A stretch of DNA of 64,000 bases from Octopus sinensis. Taxonomy: Eukaryota. The position numbers and the translations under genes were made by a program. The notes beneath the pieces are model-generated. The model saw nothing but the letters and a program-made list of their open reading frames with translations, was not told where the DNA came from and did no database searches. The DNA lies in contig NC_043025.1 of NCBI RefSeq assembly GCF_006345805.1, forward strand, positions 8,432,001 to 8,496,000, written 5' to 3'. Positions within the stretch are counted from its first letter, which is position 1, and the number at the start of each line of letters is the position of its first letter. Of this stretch, positions 36,476-48,566 are shown piece after piece.

Positions 36476-36664
36476 ATGCTATTTCGTCCACAGGTAACTG
36501 GTTGTTCCACAAGTATTATTGAAGACCTAGTTGTAAATTAGGGGTTCTCAGCCATTTTCTACCAACTGACCCCTTTGATTTCTATTTTGTTCCACTGGGC
36601 CCCCATAACCATTCAATGTTTTAAGACCCCTATTATATTTTTTATAATTTAAGAAGCATCAGTT

Positions 36665-37385
36665 GTGGTGTGCAAGAGAGAAGTTTGCGCTGGTATAGTC
36701 ATGCGGCGACAATGGATGAAGATAGTTGTGTGAAAAAGTGCCACACCCTAGCGGTTGAGGGAACCTGTGGAAGAGGTAGACCCAGGAAAACCTGGGACGA
36801 GGTGGTGAAGCACGACCTTCAAACTTTAGGTCTCACCGAGGAAATAACTAGAGACCGAGACCTATGGAAGTATGCTGTGCGTGAGAAGACCCGGCAGGAC
36901 AAGTGAGACCATAACCCATGGCCTCTACCTGGGACGTAGCCAGCCCACCTATGCATACCTTTCCTTCTTGGGACACAAAACTCTACCTGTGAAGACCTGT
37001 TGAGGCAAGTGAAAATCAAAATCAAAATCGATCAACATCAATGGAAATTGCAGCTGTGATACCAGTGCCGGTGGCACGTAAGAGAACCATCCGAACGTGG
37101 CCATTGCCAGCGCCGCCCCGACTGGCCTCATGCTGGTGGCATGTAAAAAGCACCATCCGATTGTGGCCGTTTGCCAGCCTCGTCTGGCACCTGTGCCGGT
37201 GGCATCTAAAAGCACCCACTATACTCACGGAGTGGTTGGCGTTAGGAAGGGCATCCAGCCGTAGAAACGCTGCCAGATCAGACTGGGCCTGGTGCAGCCT
37301 TCTGGCTTCCCAGACCCCGGTTGAACCGTCCAACCCATGCTAGCATGGAAAGCGGACGCTAAACGATGATGATGATGATGATGAA
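36665..37385 (+). mobile_element. RTE-type LINE 3' fragment with 3' UTR and (GAT)n tail
   Basis: Encodes QERSLRWYSHAATMDEDSCVKKC..GRGRPRKTWDEVVKHDL and ends CGCTAAACGATGATGATG. Confidence 0.88.
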
Positions 37386-37519
37386 TATTACTGGGGACTG
37401 TATAAAAAAAAAATGAATTTTAAAAATATTTTATATTTTGAAGAAGTACAAGCCATTTATTGCACATAGATTTTAACAGGAAAATCTTACGTGGATCTTG
37501 GGTGAGAACCACTTGTAGG

Positions 37520-38170
37520 TGATGATGATGATGATGGTGTGTGGTGATATGGATGCTGGTGGTGGTGGTGGTGGTAGAGATGGTGATGCTGAGACCACTA
37601 GTTGATGTATGATAATGTTGATAGCAGTGATGCTGGGGGGGAGGGGGGAGGGGTTGATAGTGGTGCTTTGTCATGGTGGTGGTGGTGGTGATGTTGGCAA
37701 TGGTGGTACTGATGGCGATCGTCATCATTGTGGGGGTGGTGTTGATGATGGAGGCGGTGGTGATGATGATGATGTAGTTTGTGACAGAAGATGATGCTCA
37801 GGGGCTGCAGAAACATATCCGTGGAGATATTGTTGTCATTTATTTTTGTTGGTTTTGTTGTAGTCGCCATAGCTTTCGATGGTGGTGGTGGTGGTGATGG
37901 TATTTGTGGTGGTGGTGGTATTTGTGGTGGTGGTGGTGGTGGTGATAGTGGTGGTGGTGGTGGTATTTGTGGTAGTGGTGGTGATGATGATGGTATTTGT
38001 GGTGGTGGTGGTGGTGGTATTTGTGGTGGTGATGGTGATGGTATTTGTGGTGGTGGTGGTGGTGGTATTTGTGGTGGTGGTGGTGGTGGTGATAGTGGTG
38101 GTGGTGGTATTTGTGGTGGTGGTGAGTAATGATGATGGAGGTGGTGATGGGGTGATGCTGATGGTGGTGT
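37520..38170. repeat. (GGT)n/(GAT)n triplet-rich low-complexity tract downstream of the zinc-finger stop codon
   Basis: GGTGGTGGT arrays punctuated by ATTTGT; gives poly-G/V on + and poly-H/P/T on -. Confidence 0.9.
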
Positions 38171-38178
38171 GTTTCCAA

Positions 38179-40760
38179 TCAAACTGACTCCAAGCCAGCA
38201 GTTTGGAAGATCACTTGACCGCAGTGTGCCTGGGGTATTAGAATGGTCTGTGGGTGGGGTTCACTGGGACTGACCCCTACAGCTGCGGCCGACGTCGGGG
38301 TGGTCTCAGCATCCGGCAAAATACTTCGGTAAGAAACATTCATCATAGTCACATCTGACATATCATAGTCGATTGTCTCCCCCTGGCATTCCGCCGTTAT
38401 CACCAGGTGGTGCTGTTGGCTGTTGTGTAGTGCGGCTTCTAGCTGGACATGGTTGCCGTTGGCGACCACCACATCGTCTGGATCGACGATGAGACTGAGC
38501 GTGTTCGTTGCCGCGGCAACTGCTGGTGTTGCTGATGCTGTTGTTGCTTTCGCTGCTGCTACCGGTGCTGCTGCTATTACTAACGAGCCTTCGGTCATTA
38601 CTGCTGCTGTTGTTGCCGCTGCTGCTGCAGGTTTCGGCAGGCGCGACTTGGTCTGTTGCACGCCGTGCATTTTCAGTTCGTGCCGCTGTAAATGATGCTT
38701 GTGACGGAAAAGGTATCCGCATACCGAACAGCGGAACTTCCCCTGCGTGGTGTGCGCTCGGAAGTGCGCCTGGCACATGACATCAGTCTTGAAACGCCAC
38801 GTGCAACCAGGGAAGGTGCATGCAAACGGCCGGATGGGGTCGTGGACCCGTTTGTGCTTGTTGAGTGTCGACTTGTCCGTGTAGGCAAACCCGCAAATGT
38901 CGCAGATGACGCTGCCCTCATTGTGCAGCTGACGATGCGCATGGATCGCCGCATTAATCTTTGATGTGAAACCACACTGCCTGCAGCGGTATGCCCCTTT
39001 TTTGTGTGTGCGTTCGTGTGCAGCCAAGTAGGTGCGAGTTTTGAAGCCCTTCCCACATGCGTCACAGAAGAACATTGCATCTGTCCGGTGGATCTGTGTG
39101 TGCTTACGCAGATATCGTAACCTGTTAAACACCTTTGTACATTTGGTGCAAGGGTATGATCCAAGGAGGTCTTGTTTCTCAATGCTACGTACTCTCTTGT
39201 TGGTTGAGCTTGACCTGGTCTTGAACCGGTTGACCATTAATTTATTATAATCCGACATCCTCATCAGCCTCTGGTTGTCACCAACGGGAACAGCGCTGAG
39301 ATCAGATACGGAAGTGGAGGGGGCTTGACTCAGTATTTCTGGATGTTTGTCTCGCATGTGGTTTATCATGGAACTCTTCCAATGTGTCCGAAACGGACAG
39401 TGGACACACTTGAACGACTGCTTGCCATAGGTGAACGAGTTGCCACGGACGATGCTGGTCACCAGGAAAAATGTAAAGTCAGGTCTCAAAGTGGTGCAAG
39501 CTGGGCTCCCCGATTCAGAATGCATCGCGGATGAAGGCCCTAATCCAGGCAAGGGGACAGAATGCCGAGCGTCCATATCGTCCTCGTTATCATCTTCGTT
39601 GTTGGATGAAGAGTGTTGGTCAGCAGTGCTTGGTGGGTCACTGAAGGTTGCTGTTGTGTCCAATGAAATCGATGGTAGCGACGGTGTTGGTGGCAGTGTC
39701 TGTGGTGGTGGTGGTGGTAGTGGTGGAGGTGGTGCTGTTGCTGAGGTTGTAGCAGTGTTGAAGTGTTCTGACAGATTGATTAATTCTTTAGACATATTGA
39801 TCACCACCTCTTCTTCATCCTCATCATCATCATCATCCTCCTCCTCCTCATTGTCATTATCTTCTTCCTCCTCCTCCTCCTCCTCTTCTTCTTCTTCTTC
39901 TTGCTGTAAGCTCTGCATCACTCTGGTAGCGGCCCCGTTGTCGATGATAGCTGGGTGCATAAGACTGATATTTTCGGCCCCATCATCGACCGAGTGAACG
40001 AGGACAACATCCCCACCATCGCTGATGTCACCATTGACCTTACCATTGCTGCTGCTGTTGTTGCTGCTGCTGCTGATACATCTTCCCGTTTCCATGTCGA
40101 CCACGCGCACCCCTTCGACGGAACCACAGACCTTTCGGCCGCTACTGCTGGGCCCTACTGCGCCTGAAAGCTGTGGCCTCGCGGAGTCAGTCAGGACCAC
40201 TGAGCTATTGTGCTGCTGTATTGAAGAAAACCGCGGATGAAGAGACAGAGCAGCAGCACCATCACCGACAGCAGCAGCGGTACCTGTCGTAGGAGGAGTA
40301 GTAGTAGTAAGAGTAGTAGTGGTAGTAATAGTTGTAGCAAGTGTTGAGGCTAAGGAGAAACCTCCGATGATACTTCTGTTCTCGTCTTCAGCTCCAGTCT
40401 CTCCCTGTTGGACCATCAAGATGTTTGTTGTGCCATGACCATCACTGCAGGCTGGCTGTGGTATGGAGAGCCTTTGAGTGCCATCACCGTTGTGCACGTT
40501 GACAAAAGGGTCCATCATGATCACGTCAGGGCATTCGGACTTCACGAGATCCTGGTAAGTTTCCAGCTCCCTGGTCAGTAAGCTGACCTTGTGATTGAGT
40601 CGGGGTAGGAGGCAAGGTGGTTTGCTGGGTCCCTTGCTGTTGGCCTTCGTCTTGCCGAGGAAGATCTTGTGTTGGCGGCGATAGTGTTCCTTCAGCGACA
40701 TCTGTCGGGAGAATAGGGTGCCACACACACTGCAGCTGACTTTGGTGTTGGGGGACGCAT
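38179..40760 (-). CDS. C2H2 zinc-finger protein, large terminal exon (8 fingers)
   Basis: tttccag|AT acceptor (phase 1). Fingers: CSVC..HYRRQH, CVHC..HMRDKH, then six clustered (CTKC, CDAC, CRQC, CDIC, CTFPGC, CSVC). Acidic and Pro-rich tracts are present; linkers are not TGEKP; TGA is at 38179-38181. Confidence 0.93.
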
Positions 40761-40769
40761 CTGGAAAGA

Positions 40770-41110
40770 CAGAGAATATATGAAAGAGTGTGAGAGAGAG
40801 AGAGACAGACTGACTGAAAGAGAGATACGGTAAGAGAAAGTGAGTGAGAAAGAATGAGTGAGAAAGAAAGAGCGAGATAAAATGAGTAAGATAGAATGAG
40901 TGAGATAAAATGAGTAAGATAGAATGAGCAAGAAAGAGTGTGAAAGAAAGAGAAAGATAGAATGAGTGAGAAAGAAAGAGTGAGAAAGAAAGAGTAAGAA
41001 AGAACGAGTGAGAAAGAAAGAGTGAGAAAGAAAGAGTAAGAAAGAAAGAAAGAGTAAGAAAGAACGAGTGAGAAAGAACGAGTGAGAAAGAAAGAGTGAA
41101 AGAGAGAATG
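40770..41110. repeat. GA-rich (AGTGAGAAAGAAAG)n tract, i.e. an extended polypyrimidine tract on -
   Basis: Read directly; it lies immediately upstream of the zinc-finger acceptor. Confidence 0.85.
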
Positions 41111-41201
41111 AATAAAAAGCTGTTTTCCCCTCTGACTACATGACCCAATGTGTCCTTCCTATTCTGAGGTGTTAAGGTGTGATTTGAGATATATTTCATT
41201 G

Positions 41202-41470
41202 ACATTTCTAGCAGAGCAAGTGACCAGATAAAAGCTGTTTAACTCCCAGATCAACCTTCATCAAACAGACCTATTTGGCTGATATTTCTAGCAGAACAAG
41301 CACCCAGATAAAGGCTGTTTAACTCCCAGATCAACCTTCATCAAACAGACCTATTTGGCTGATATTTCTAGCAGAACAAGCACCCAGATAAAGGCTGTTT
41401 AACTCCCAGATCAACCTTCATCAAACAGACCTATTTGGCTGATATTTCTAGCAGAACAAGCAACCAGATC
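41202..41470 (+). repeat. 80-bp tandem repeat x3+
   Basis: AACTCCCAGA recurs at 41241, 41321 and 41401. Confidence 0.9.
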
Positions 41471-41858
41471 CACCGTCATCAATTAGACCTACTAAGAACA
41501 AACACATATCAACCAAGACCACATTAATATTTTAGGGGTATATATGTACAGGCGTGGCTGTGTGGTAAAAAGTTTGCTTTCCAACCACATGGTTCTGGGT
41601 TCAGTCCTACTGCTTGGTACTTTGGGGGTCTTCTACAATTGCAGCAACCAATGATAACCTTGTGAGTGGATTTGTTAGGTAGAAAGTGAAAGAAGCTAGT
41701 TGTAACATATAGAGAGATACAATTGTCACTGTGACTGAGGGTGCAGGGTGGCACCTAAATTGCTAGAAATAAGAGTCAAAGACTGAGCCGCAAACAGAGC
41801 TGCACACTGACAGGGGACATAACCGCCCACAGCAAGCGAGGTTACCATGCTAGTCCAG

Positions 41859-42113
41859 GGATCTTTTCCGTTTGAACGGCAGTTTTTTCTAGTGGTGTCA
41901 TATGAAATTGTCACCCAGAATTATGACCCTAGTATCGATCTATTGCATTTCAATCTGTTTTAGGGTTAGGGGTGGGGGAAGGGTATCTTTTTTTCTTCAC
42001 AAATGTAAATAAACCCAATATGTTTCTTAAGGGAAATATTCATACGGCACAGAATGTTTTTTTACCTCAATGGACGTCATTGACTAGTTGAAATTGCAGA
42101 AATTGAAGAAAAA
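41859..42113 (+). mobile_element. MITE-like DNA element, left part (sister copy at 55433-55833)
   Basis: Begins GGATCTTTTCCGTTTGAACGGCAGTTTT. The sister copy ends AAAACTGCCGTTCAAACCGGAAGGATCC (TIR). Confidence 0.65.
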
Positions 42114-42124
42114 AAAACAACAAA

Positions 42125-42318
42125 TATCTGATCTGGCAGTGTTTCTACAGCTGGATGCCCTTCCTAATGCCAACCACTCCGTGAGTGTAGTGGGTGCTTT
42201 TTTACGTACCACCGACACAGGTGCCAGGCGAGGCTGGCAACGGCCAAGATCGGATGGCAAGCTTTTTACAGCTAGATGCCCTTCCAAATGCCAACCACTT
42301 TACAGAATATATACATGT

Positions 42319-42356
<38 letters not shown>

Positions 42357-43155
42357 CTCATCATCATCATTTAGCGTCCACTTTCCATGCTGGCATGGGT
42401 TGGACGGTTCAACTGGGGTCTGGGAAGCCAGAAGGCTGCACCAGGCCCAGTCTGATCTGGCAATGTTTCTACAGCTGGATGCCCTTCCTAACGCCAACCA
42501 CTCCATGAGTGTAGTGGGTGCTTTTTACGTACCACCAACACAGGTGCCAGACGAGGATGGCAAACGGCCACGATCGGATGGTGCTTTTCATATATATAGA
42601 CAGACAGACAGATATATATATATATATAGAAAGATATATATAAAATAATTAAGGTGGCAATCAGAATTTTAAAACCAACAAGAATTAATTCACTGTCAGG
42701 TGTAAGTTAGCCTCCACCACTCATGATGGAGTGAGCATTACTAGGGAGTATTAATTTCCAGTATGCAATTAGTATACTAATCTAATGCATTTCGCTTATG
42801 GTGGAGAGTGTTGTCTCCCCTGTCAATACAAAGAGACCATGTGCTTTTTTGTGGCTAAGAAGTCTATGACTACCATTTCTAGCAATGCTGGCGCTCTCTG
42901 CACCCTTATCACTCTTAGTGATGGGGAACATATATATATATATATATATACATACACATATATATATACATATGTACATATATATACATACACATATATA
43001 TACTCTCGGAGTGGTTGGCGTTAGGAAGGGCATCCAGCTGTAGAAACACTGCCAGATCTGACTGGACTGGTGCAGCTTTCGGGCTCCCCAGACCCCAGTT
43101 GAACCGTCCAACCCATGCTAGCATGGAAAGCGGACGTTAAATGATGATGATGATA
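42125..43155. mobile_element. RTE 3' UTR-derived elements (-: 42125-42590; +: 43005-43155)
   Basis: Family motifs and (GAT)n tails. Confidence 0.75.
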
Positions 43156-43232
43156 TACATACATATATATACACATACACACACACATATATATATATAT
43201 GTCTATTGAGGTGCGATTTCAGATTAACAGGG

Positions 43233-43304
43233 ATCTTACTGACGAGTCACCCTGAGTAAATACATTATTTTTATTGCTGAAAAAGACGAAACTGCAGTAT
43301 AAGA
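43233..43304 (+). ncRNA. Minimal type I hammerhead ribozyme (canonical core)
   Basis: ATCTTA-CTGACGA-GTC..35 nt..GAC-GAAA-CTGCAG-TA-TAAGAT. Stem I is 6 bp perfect, stem II closes with G-C, stem III is the palindrome ACTGCAGT, and the GUA triplet has A17 at 43298. Confidence 0.85.
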
Positions 43305-44127
43305 TGAACCGAGTTAGTAAAAGTTTTTATTTTCATTTCACTAAATTTATCAAGCTTCTGTGTATCTAGCACATACTTCGCCCTTTAATGTACTTATATA
43401 TGAATAATATATGGCCTGTGCTAGAAACACCAGCGATAATAATTAATTTTATTTTATCGCATTTTGACTTTGTTTATATATATATATATATATATATACA
43501 TATATACATACACACACATGAAAGCTTCTGTGAGTGTCTACCTCCCAAATCCACACACAAAGCTTTGGTTAGCTTAGGTGCCACACAGTGGGACTGAACC
43601 TGAAACCTTGTGTTTGGGAAATAAACTCCTTAACCACGCAGCCTACTTCCAAAGATCAAAAATCCCTTGAAGCTTTACTTAATTCAGGGCCCATTTAAAC
43701 GCCCCACACCCCCACACCTGTCATCCACCCCCACTGGCCATCAAGTGTCTTTATCAGAGTCCCCTTTTCTGTAACCAAGCAGCCAAGCTACATCACTTGC
43801 TCAAGGATACCTTCCTCCCGCCAGTCTCCGAGGCTCTGTGCTTCTTCATGTCAAAGTAATATAAAAATGTATCAATCCCTATCAGTTGTGTAGTGTGGTT
43901 TTTTTTTAAGGACATGTTGTGTAAGGGTTGGGGAAAGGCCAGACAAGAAGACAAAGACCCTTATTATACTCACGCTGCAACTTATGTTCCAGGATATCCA
44001 GTAGTTTGTGGTAGACTTTGTTGCATAATCCACAGATGAAGGTGTCCAATTTGCCAGAAGACACTGCAATGAGAAGGACAGTTTTACAATAATAAGTTCA
44101 TTATAATAAGGGGTCTCAAATTTGGGG

Positions 44128-45495
44128 AAATGGATTAAGTCAATTACATCAACCCCAGGGCATAACTGGTACTTATTTAATTGGCCCCAAAAGGATGAAA
44201 GGCAAAGTTAACCATGGCGGAATTTGAACTCAGAACGTAACGGCAGATGAAATACCTATTTCTTTACTACTCACAAGGGGCTAAACACAGAGAGAACAAA
44301 TGGATTAAGTCAATTACATCGACCTCAGTGCATAACTGGTACTTATTTAATCGACCCCGAAAGGATGAAAGGCAAAGTTGACCTCGGTGGAATTTGAACT
44401 CAGAACATAACGGCAGACGAAATACCTATTTCTTTACTACCCACAAGGGGCTAAACACAGAGAGAACAAATGGATTAAGTCAATTACATCAACCCCAGGG
44501 CATAACTGGTACTTATTTAATCGACCCCGAAAGGATGAAAGGCAAAGTTGACCTCGGTGGAATTTGAACTCAGAACGTAACGGCAGACGAAATACCTATT
44601 TCTTTACTACCCACAAGGGGCTAAACACAGAGAGAGAACAAATGGATTAAGTCAATTACATCGACCTCAGTGCATAACTGGTACTTATTTAATCGACCCC
44701 GAAAGGATGAAAGGCAAAGTTGACCTCGGTGGAATTTGAACTCAGAACATAACGGCAGACGAAATACCTATTTCTTTACTACCCACAAGGGGCTAAACAC
44801 AGAGAGAACAAATGGATTAAGTCAATTACATCGACCTCAGTGCATAACTGGTACTTATTTAATCGACCCCGAAAGGATGAAAGGCAAAGTTGACCTCGGT
44901 GGAATTTGAACTCAGAACGTAACGGCAGACGAAATACCTATTTCTTTACTACCCACAAGGGGCTAAACACAGAGAGAACAAATGGATTAAGTCAATTACA
45001 TCGACCTCAGTGCATAACTGGTACTTATTTAATCGACCCCGAAAGGATGAAAGGCAAAGTTGACCTCGGTGGAATTTGAACTCAGAACATAATGGCAGAC
45101 GAAATACCTATTTCTTTACTACCCACAAGGGGCTAAACACAGAGAGAACAAATGGATTAAGTCAATTACATCGACCTCAGTGCATAACTGGTACTTATTT
45201 AATCGACCCCGAAAGGATGAAAGGCAAAGTTGACCTCGGTGGAATTTGAACTCAGAACATAACGGCAGACGAAATACCTATTTCTTTACTACCCACAAGG
45301 GGCTAAACACAGAGAGAACAAATGGATTAAGTCAATTACATCGACCTCAGTGCATAACTGGTACTTATTTAATCGACCCCGAAAGGATGAAAGGCAAAGT
45401 TGACCTCGGTGGAATTTGAACTCAGAACGTAGCGGCAGACGAAATACCACTAAGCATTTCACCCGGCGTGTTAATCATTCTGCCAGCTCGCTACC
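44128..45495 (-). mobile_element. Family B SINE head-to-tail concatemer, 8 x ~170 bp
   Basis: TGGATTAAG recurs at 44131, 44301, 44471, 44643, 44813, 44983, 45153 and 45323. Only the last unit carries the 5' head. Confidence 0.93.
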
Positions 45496-46408
45496 TTTAT
45501 TGTAATAATAAAAATGATAATGATAATAATAATAATAATCCTCTCTACTAAAGGCACAAGGCCAAAAATTTTGGGGAAGGGAACTTGTCGATTACATTGA
45601 CCCCAGTGCATTACTGGTACATATTTTATTGACCCTGAAAGAATGAAAGGCAAAGGTGACCTGGGCAGAATTTGAACTCTAAATGTAAAGTCAGACAAAA
45701 TGCTGCTCTGCATTCTGCCCAGTGTGCTAATGATTCTGCCAGCTCAGAGCCATAACGATAATTATAGGTGATGAACTGGCAGAATGGTTAGCACACCGGG
45801 CGAAACGCTTAGCGGTATTTCATCTGCTGTTAGATTCTGAGTTCAAATTGCGCCAAGGTTAACTTTCCCTTCCATTCTTTCGGGGTCGAATAAGTACCAG
45901 TTACGTGCTGAGGTCGATGTAATCGACTTAATCTGTTTGTCTGTCCTTGTTCTTTCCCTCTATGTTTAGCCCCTTGTGGGTAGTAAAGAAATAGGTGCTT
46001 GGTGCAAGGAAGGGCATCCAACTGTAGAAACGATGCCAAATCAAACTGGATCCTGGTACAGCTCTCCAGCTTACCAGTTCCAGCCAAATCATCTAACCCA
46101 TGCCAGCATGGAAAGCTGGAAGTCAGACATTAAATGATGATGACGTTGATGATACCATAAACAATGCAGGTTTTTCAATTGCATGAACTAAAAGTCGGAG
46201 GGGGACAGAATAAACTACCTGCATCAACTTGTTATAAAAAGAAGGTTGTAATTTTACCTTGTACTTATTCTTAGTGCAAGTTTTAAAGAGTGCAGTTTGA
46301 TTTTAACAGTTATTATTTGGATTTGGTGATTCAACCATTCATTGACACCTGTGCTACAAGAAAAACCAACCATCTTTGGTTTCAAGATGAAAAGTGTCTC
46401 TCATAAAT

Positions 46409-46605
46409 ATGGAATGATTTGGACCTTGGATACTCCACCAAAAACATCCTTATGCTATCCAATGAACTATACACCTGCATACTGCTGGAAAAGATAAAGG
46501 ATGTGATTAGACATATGAGGTGGAAGGCCTTCCACTACAACCTAGCAGCACTATCTCCGGAGGGTAACAGCTATGGCATTGGATTGAGAAAGCATCCACC
46601 CAGAA
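46409..46605 (+). pseudogene. Remnant of a Penelope-like element ORF N-terminus
   Basis: DLGYSTKNIL..LLEKIKDVIRHMRWKAFHY..YGIGLRKHPP resembles the recalled YSTKNIP..LIEK..IKRMRWKA..YG..PP motif preceding the RT of invertebrate PLEs. Recognition only, not searched. Confidence 0.55.
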
Positions 46606-46685
46606 GCTGACCATCCCCATTTTTGATATATACTACTCTACGTCTTAGAGTGTGCTTCTTCTCCAGATTTATATTTTGTACAAAC

Positions 46686-46851
46686 AGGCGCAGGAGTGGC
46701 TGTGTGGTAAGTAGCTTGCTTACTAACCACATGGTTCCGGGTTCAGTCCCACTGCGTGGCATCTTGGGCAAGTGTCTTCTACTATGGCCTCGGGCTGGCC
46801 AAAGCCTTGAGTGGATTTGGTAAATGGAAACTGAAAGAAGCCCGTCGTATA

Positions 46852-46948
<97 letters not shown>

Positions 46949-47160
46949 TCGTGTTTCTGTGTTTGTCCCTCTAGCATTGCTTGACAACCGATGGTGGTGT
47001 GTTTACATCCCCGTAACTTAGCGGTTCGGCAAAAGAGACCGATAGAATAAGTACTGGGCTTACAAAGAATAAGTCCCGGGGTCGAGTTGTTCGATTAAAG
47101 GCGGTGCTCCAGCATGGCCACAGTCAAATGACTGAAACAAATAAAAGAGTAAAGAGAGTA
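46686..47160 (+). mobile_element. SINE family A, full length
   Basis: Complete head, microsatellite and tail. Confidence 0.88.
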
Positions 47161-47574
47161 AACAATACACCATCATCATCGTTTAACGTCCGCTTTCCAT
47201 GCTAGCATGGGTTGGACGATTTGACTGAGGACTGGCGAACCAGATGGCTGCACCAGGCTCCAATCTTGATTTGGCAGAGTTTCTACACCTGGATGCCCTT
47301 CCCAACGCCAACCACTCCGAGAGTGTAGTGGGTGCCGGCATGAGGTCCAGTCAGGTGGTACTGGCAAACACCTCGCTCAAATCTTTTTACACATGCCACC
47401 GGCACAGGTGCCCAGTAAGGCGACACTGGTAACGATCATGCTCGAATGGCGCCTTTTATGTGTGACCGGCATGAGGGCCAGTCAGGTGGTACTGGCAACG
47501 GAGCCAGTCCAGCAGCACTGGCAACAACCTCGCTCGAATGTTTTTCATGTGCCACCAGCACATATATATATATA

Positions 47575-47880
47575 TTAAAGTATTAATTTGAAAAAGACAA
47601 GTTCCAAGGTCGGTAATTCTCCTCATCAAAGCCGACACATATCTGAACACGGAGGGCATATATAAGTCATTATAAGCATGCGAGACACATAACAAATAAA
47701 AACATATATATATATATATATAATAGTGTAATTCCGTACCCGGAGTTACACTATTATATGTATATATATATATGTTTTTATTTGTTATGCATTTGCATAT
47801 AATGGCTTAGATATGTGTCGGCTTTGACGAAGAGTATTATTGACCTAGGAACTTGTCTCTTTCAAATTAATAATTTAATC
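47575..47880. repeat. Long imperfect palindrome centred on GTAATTCCG-TACC-CGGAGTTAC
   Basis: The arms share AAAGCCGACACATATC / GATATGTGTCGGCTTT and GACAAGTTCC / GGAACTTGTC. Confidence 0.8.
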
Positions 47881-48099
47881 TAATTGCTCAATAAATCAAG
47901 CCCTATGCTATTGTTTCTTGAAAAGAGTCCACCTCCATAACTTTTCATTACTTATGTATATATATATATATATATTTATATATAATCGGTTAAGTAATTG
48001 AGATTCTAGTGAATTCTAAAGAATTCACATGAATATGGTCCTTAACCAGGATGCACCGGATATCTATATGGTGTTAGCCATACGACAAGTGGGGTGATT

Positions 48100-48245
48100 A
48101 TAAATAGGAAAAAAAAGGAAAAAAAGCAACAAGAATGGATTAAAATCTCGGTACGATCGTTTTTGTAGCTTATTAAAGATGTCCTCGTATGAAACGATCG
48201 TACCGAGATTTTAATCCATTCTTGTTGCTTTTTTTCCTATTTATA
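48100..48245. repeat. Palindrome with a hammerhead 3' half (GAAA-CGATCG-TA)
   Basis: 48100-48162 is the reverse complement of 48192-48245. Confidence 0.8.
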
Positions 48246-48530
48246 TTTATATATATATATCATGAAATAAGTATAAGAATGGGCATTGTCCGTTTAATTG
48301 AAAAATTCTATATGTGGCTGAAGATTGCTCGACATTTTAAAACTGATGTAATACTTACAGTGTTTAATAAAATGAAGTAGCATGAAACAATTGTACCATT
48401 CTAGCTTGGATATCCTTGTTGCTTATTTTTGATTATAATCATCCCATTTGATTTATATGGATAATACCATACGAAATTCTGGTGCCTTTAACTTAAGTAC
48501 CATATTCATCTGAATCTATATTTTTCATTA

Positions 48531-48564
<34 letters not shown>

Positions 48565-48566
<2 letters not shown>

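Noticed and set aside
38363-40726. Overlapping antisense and alternative-frame ORFs within the zinc-finger exon
   Set aside because: These are expected shadows of a GC-rich coding exon. The CTGATGA at ~39265 is coding sequence with no hammerhead stems.
40761-41205. N-terminal ~148 aa of the 1008-aa ORF (S/L/F/H-rich)
   Set aside because: It is the translation of an intronic CT-rich tract. A strong tttccag acceptor at 40761 and a phase-matched upstream donor explain the real junction.
41960-41975. TTAGGGTTAGGG telomere-like motif (also ~50385-50398)
   Set aside because: Only two units, embedded in a MITE or other repeat. It is not an interstitial telomeric array.
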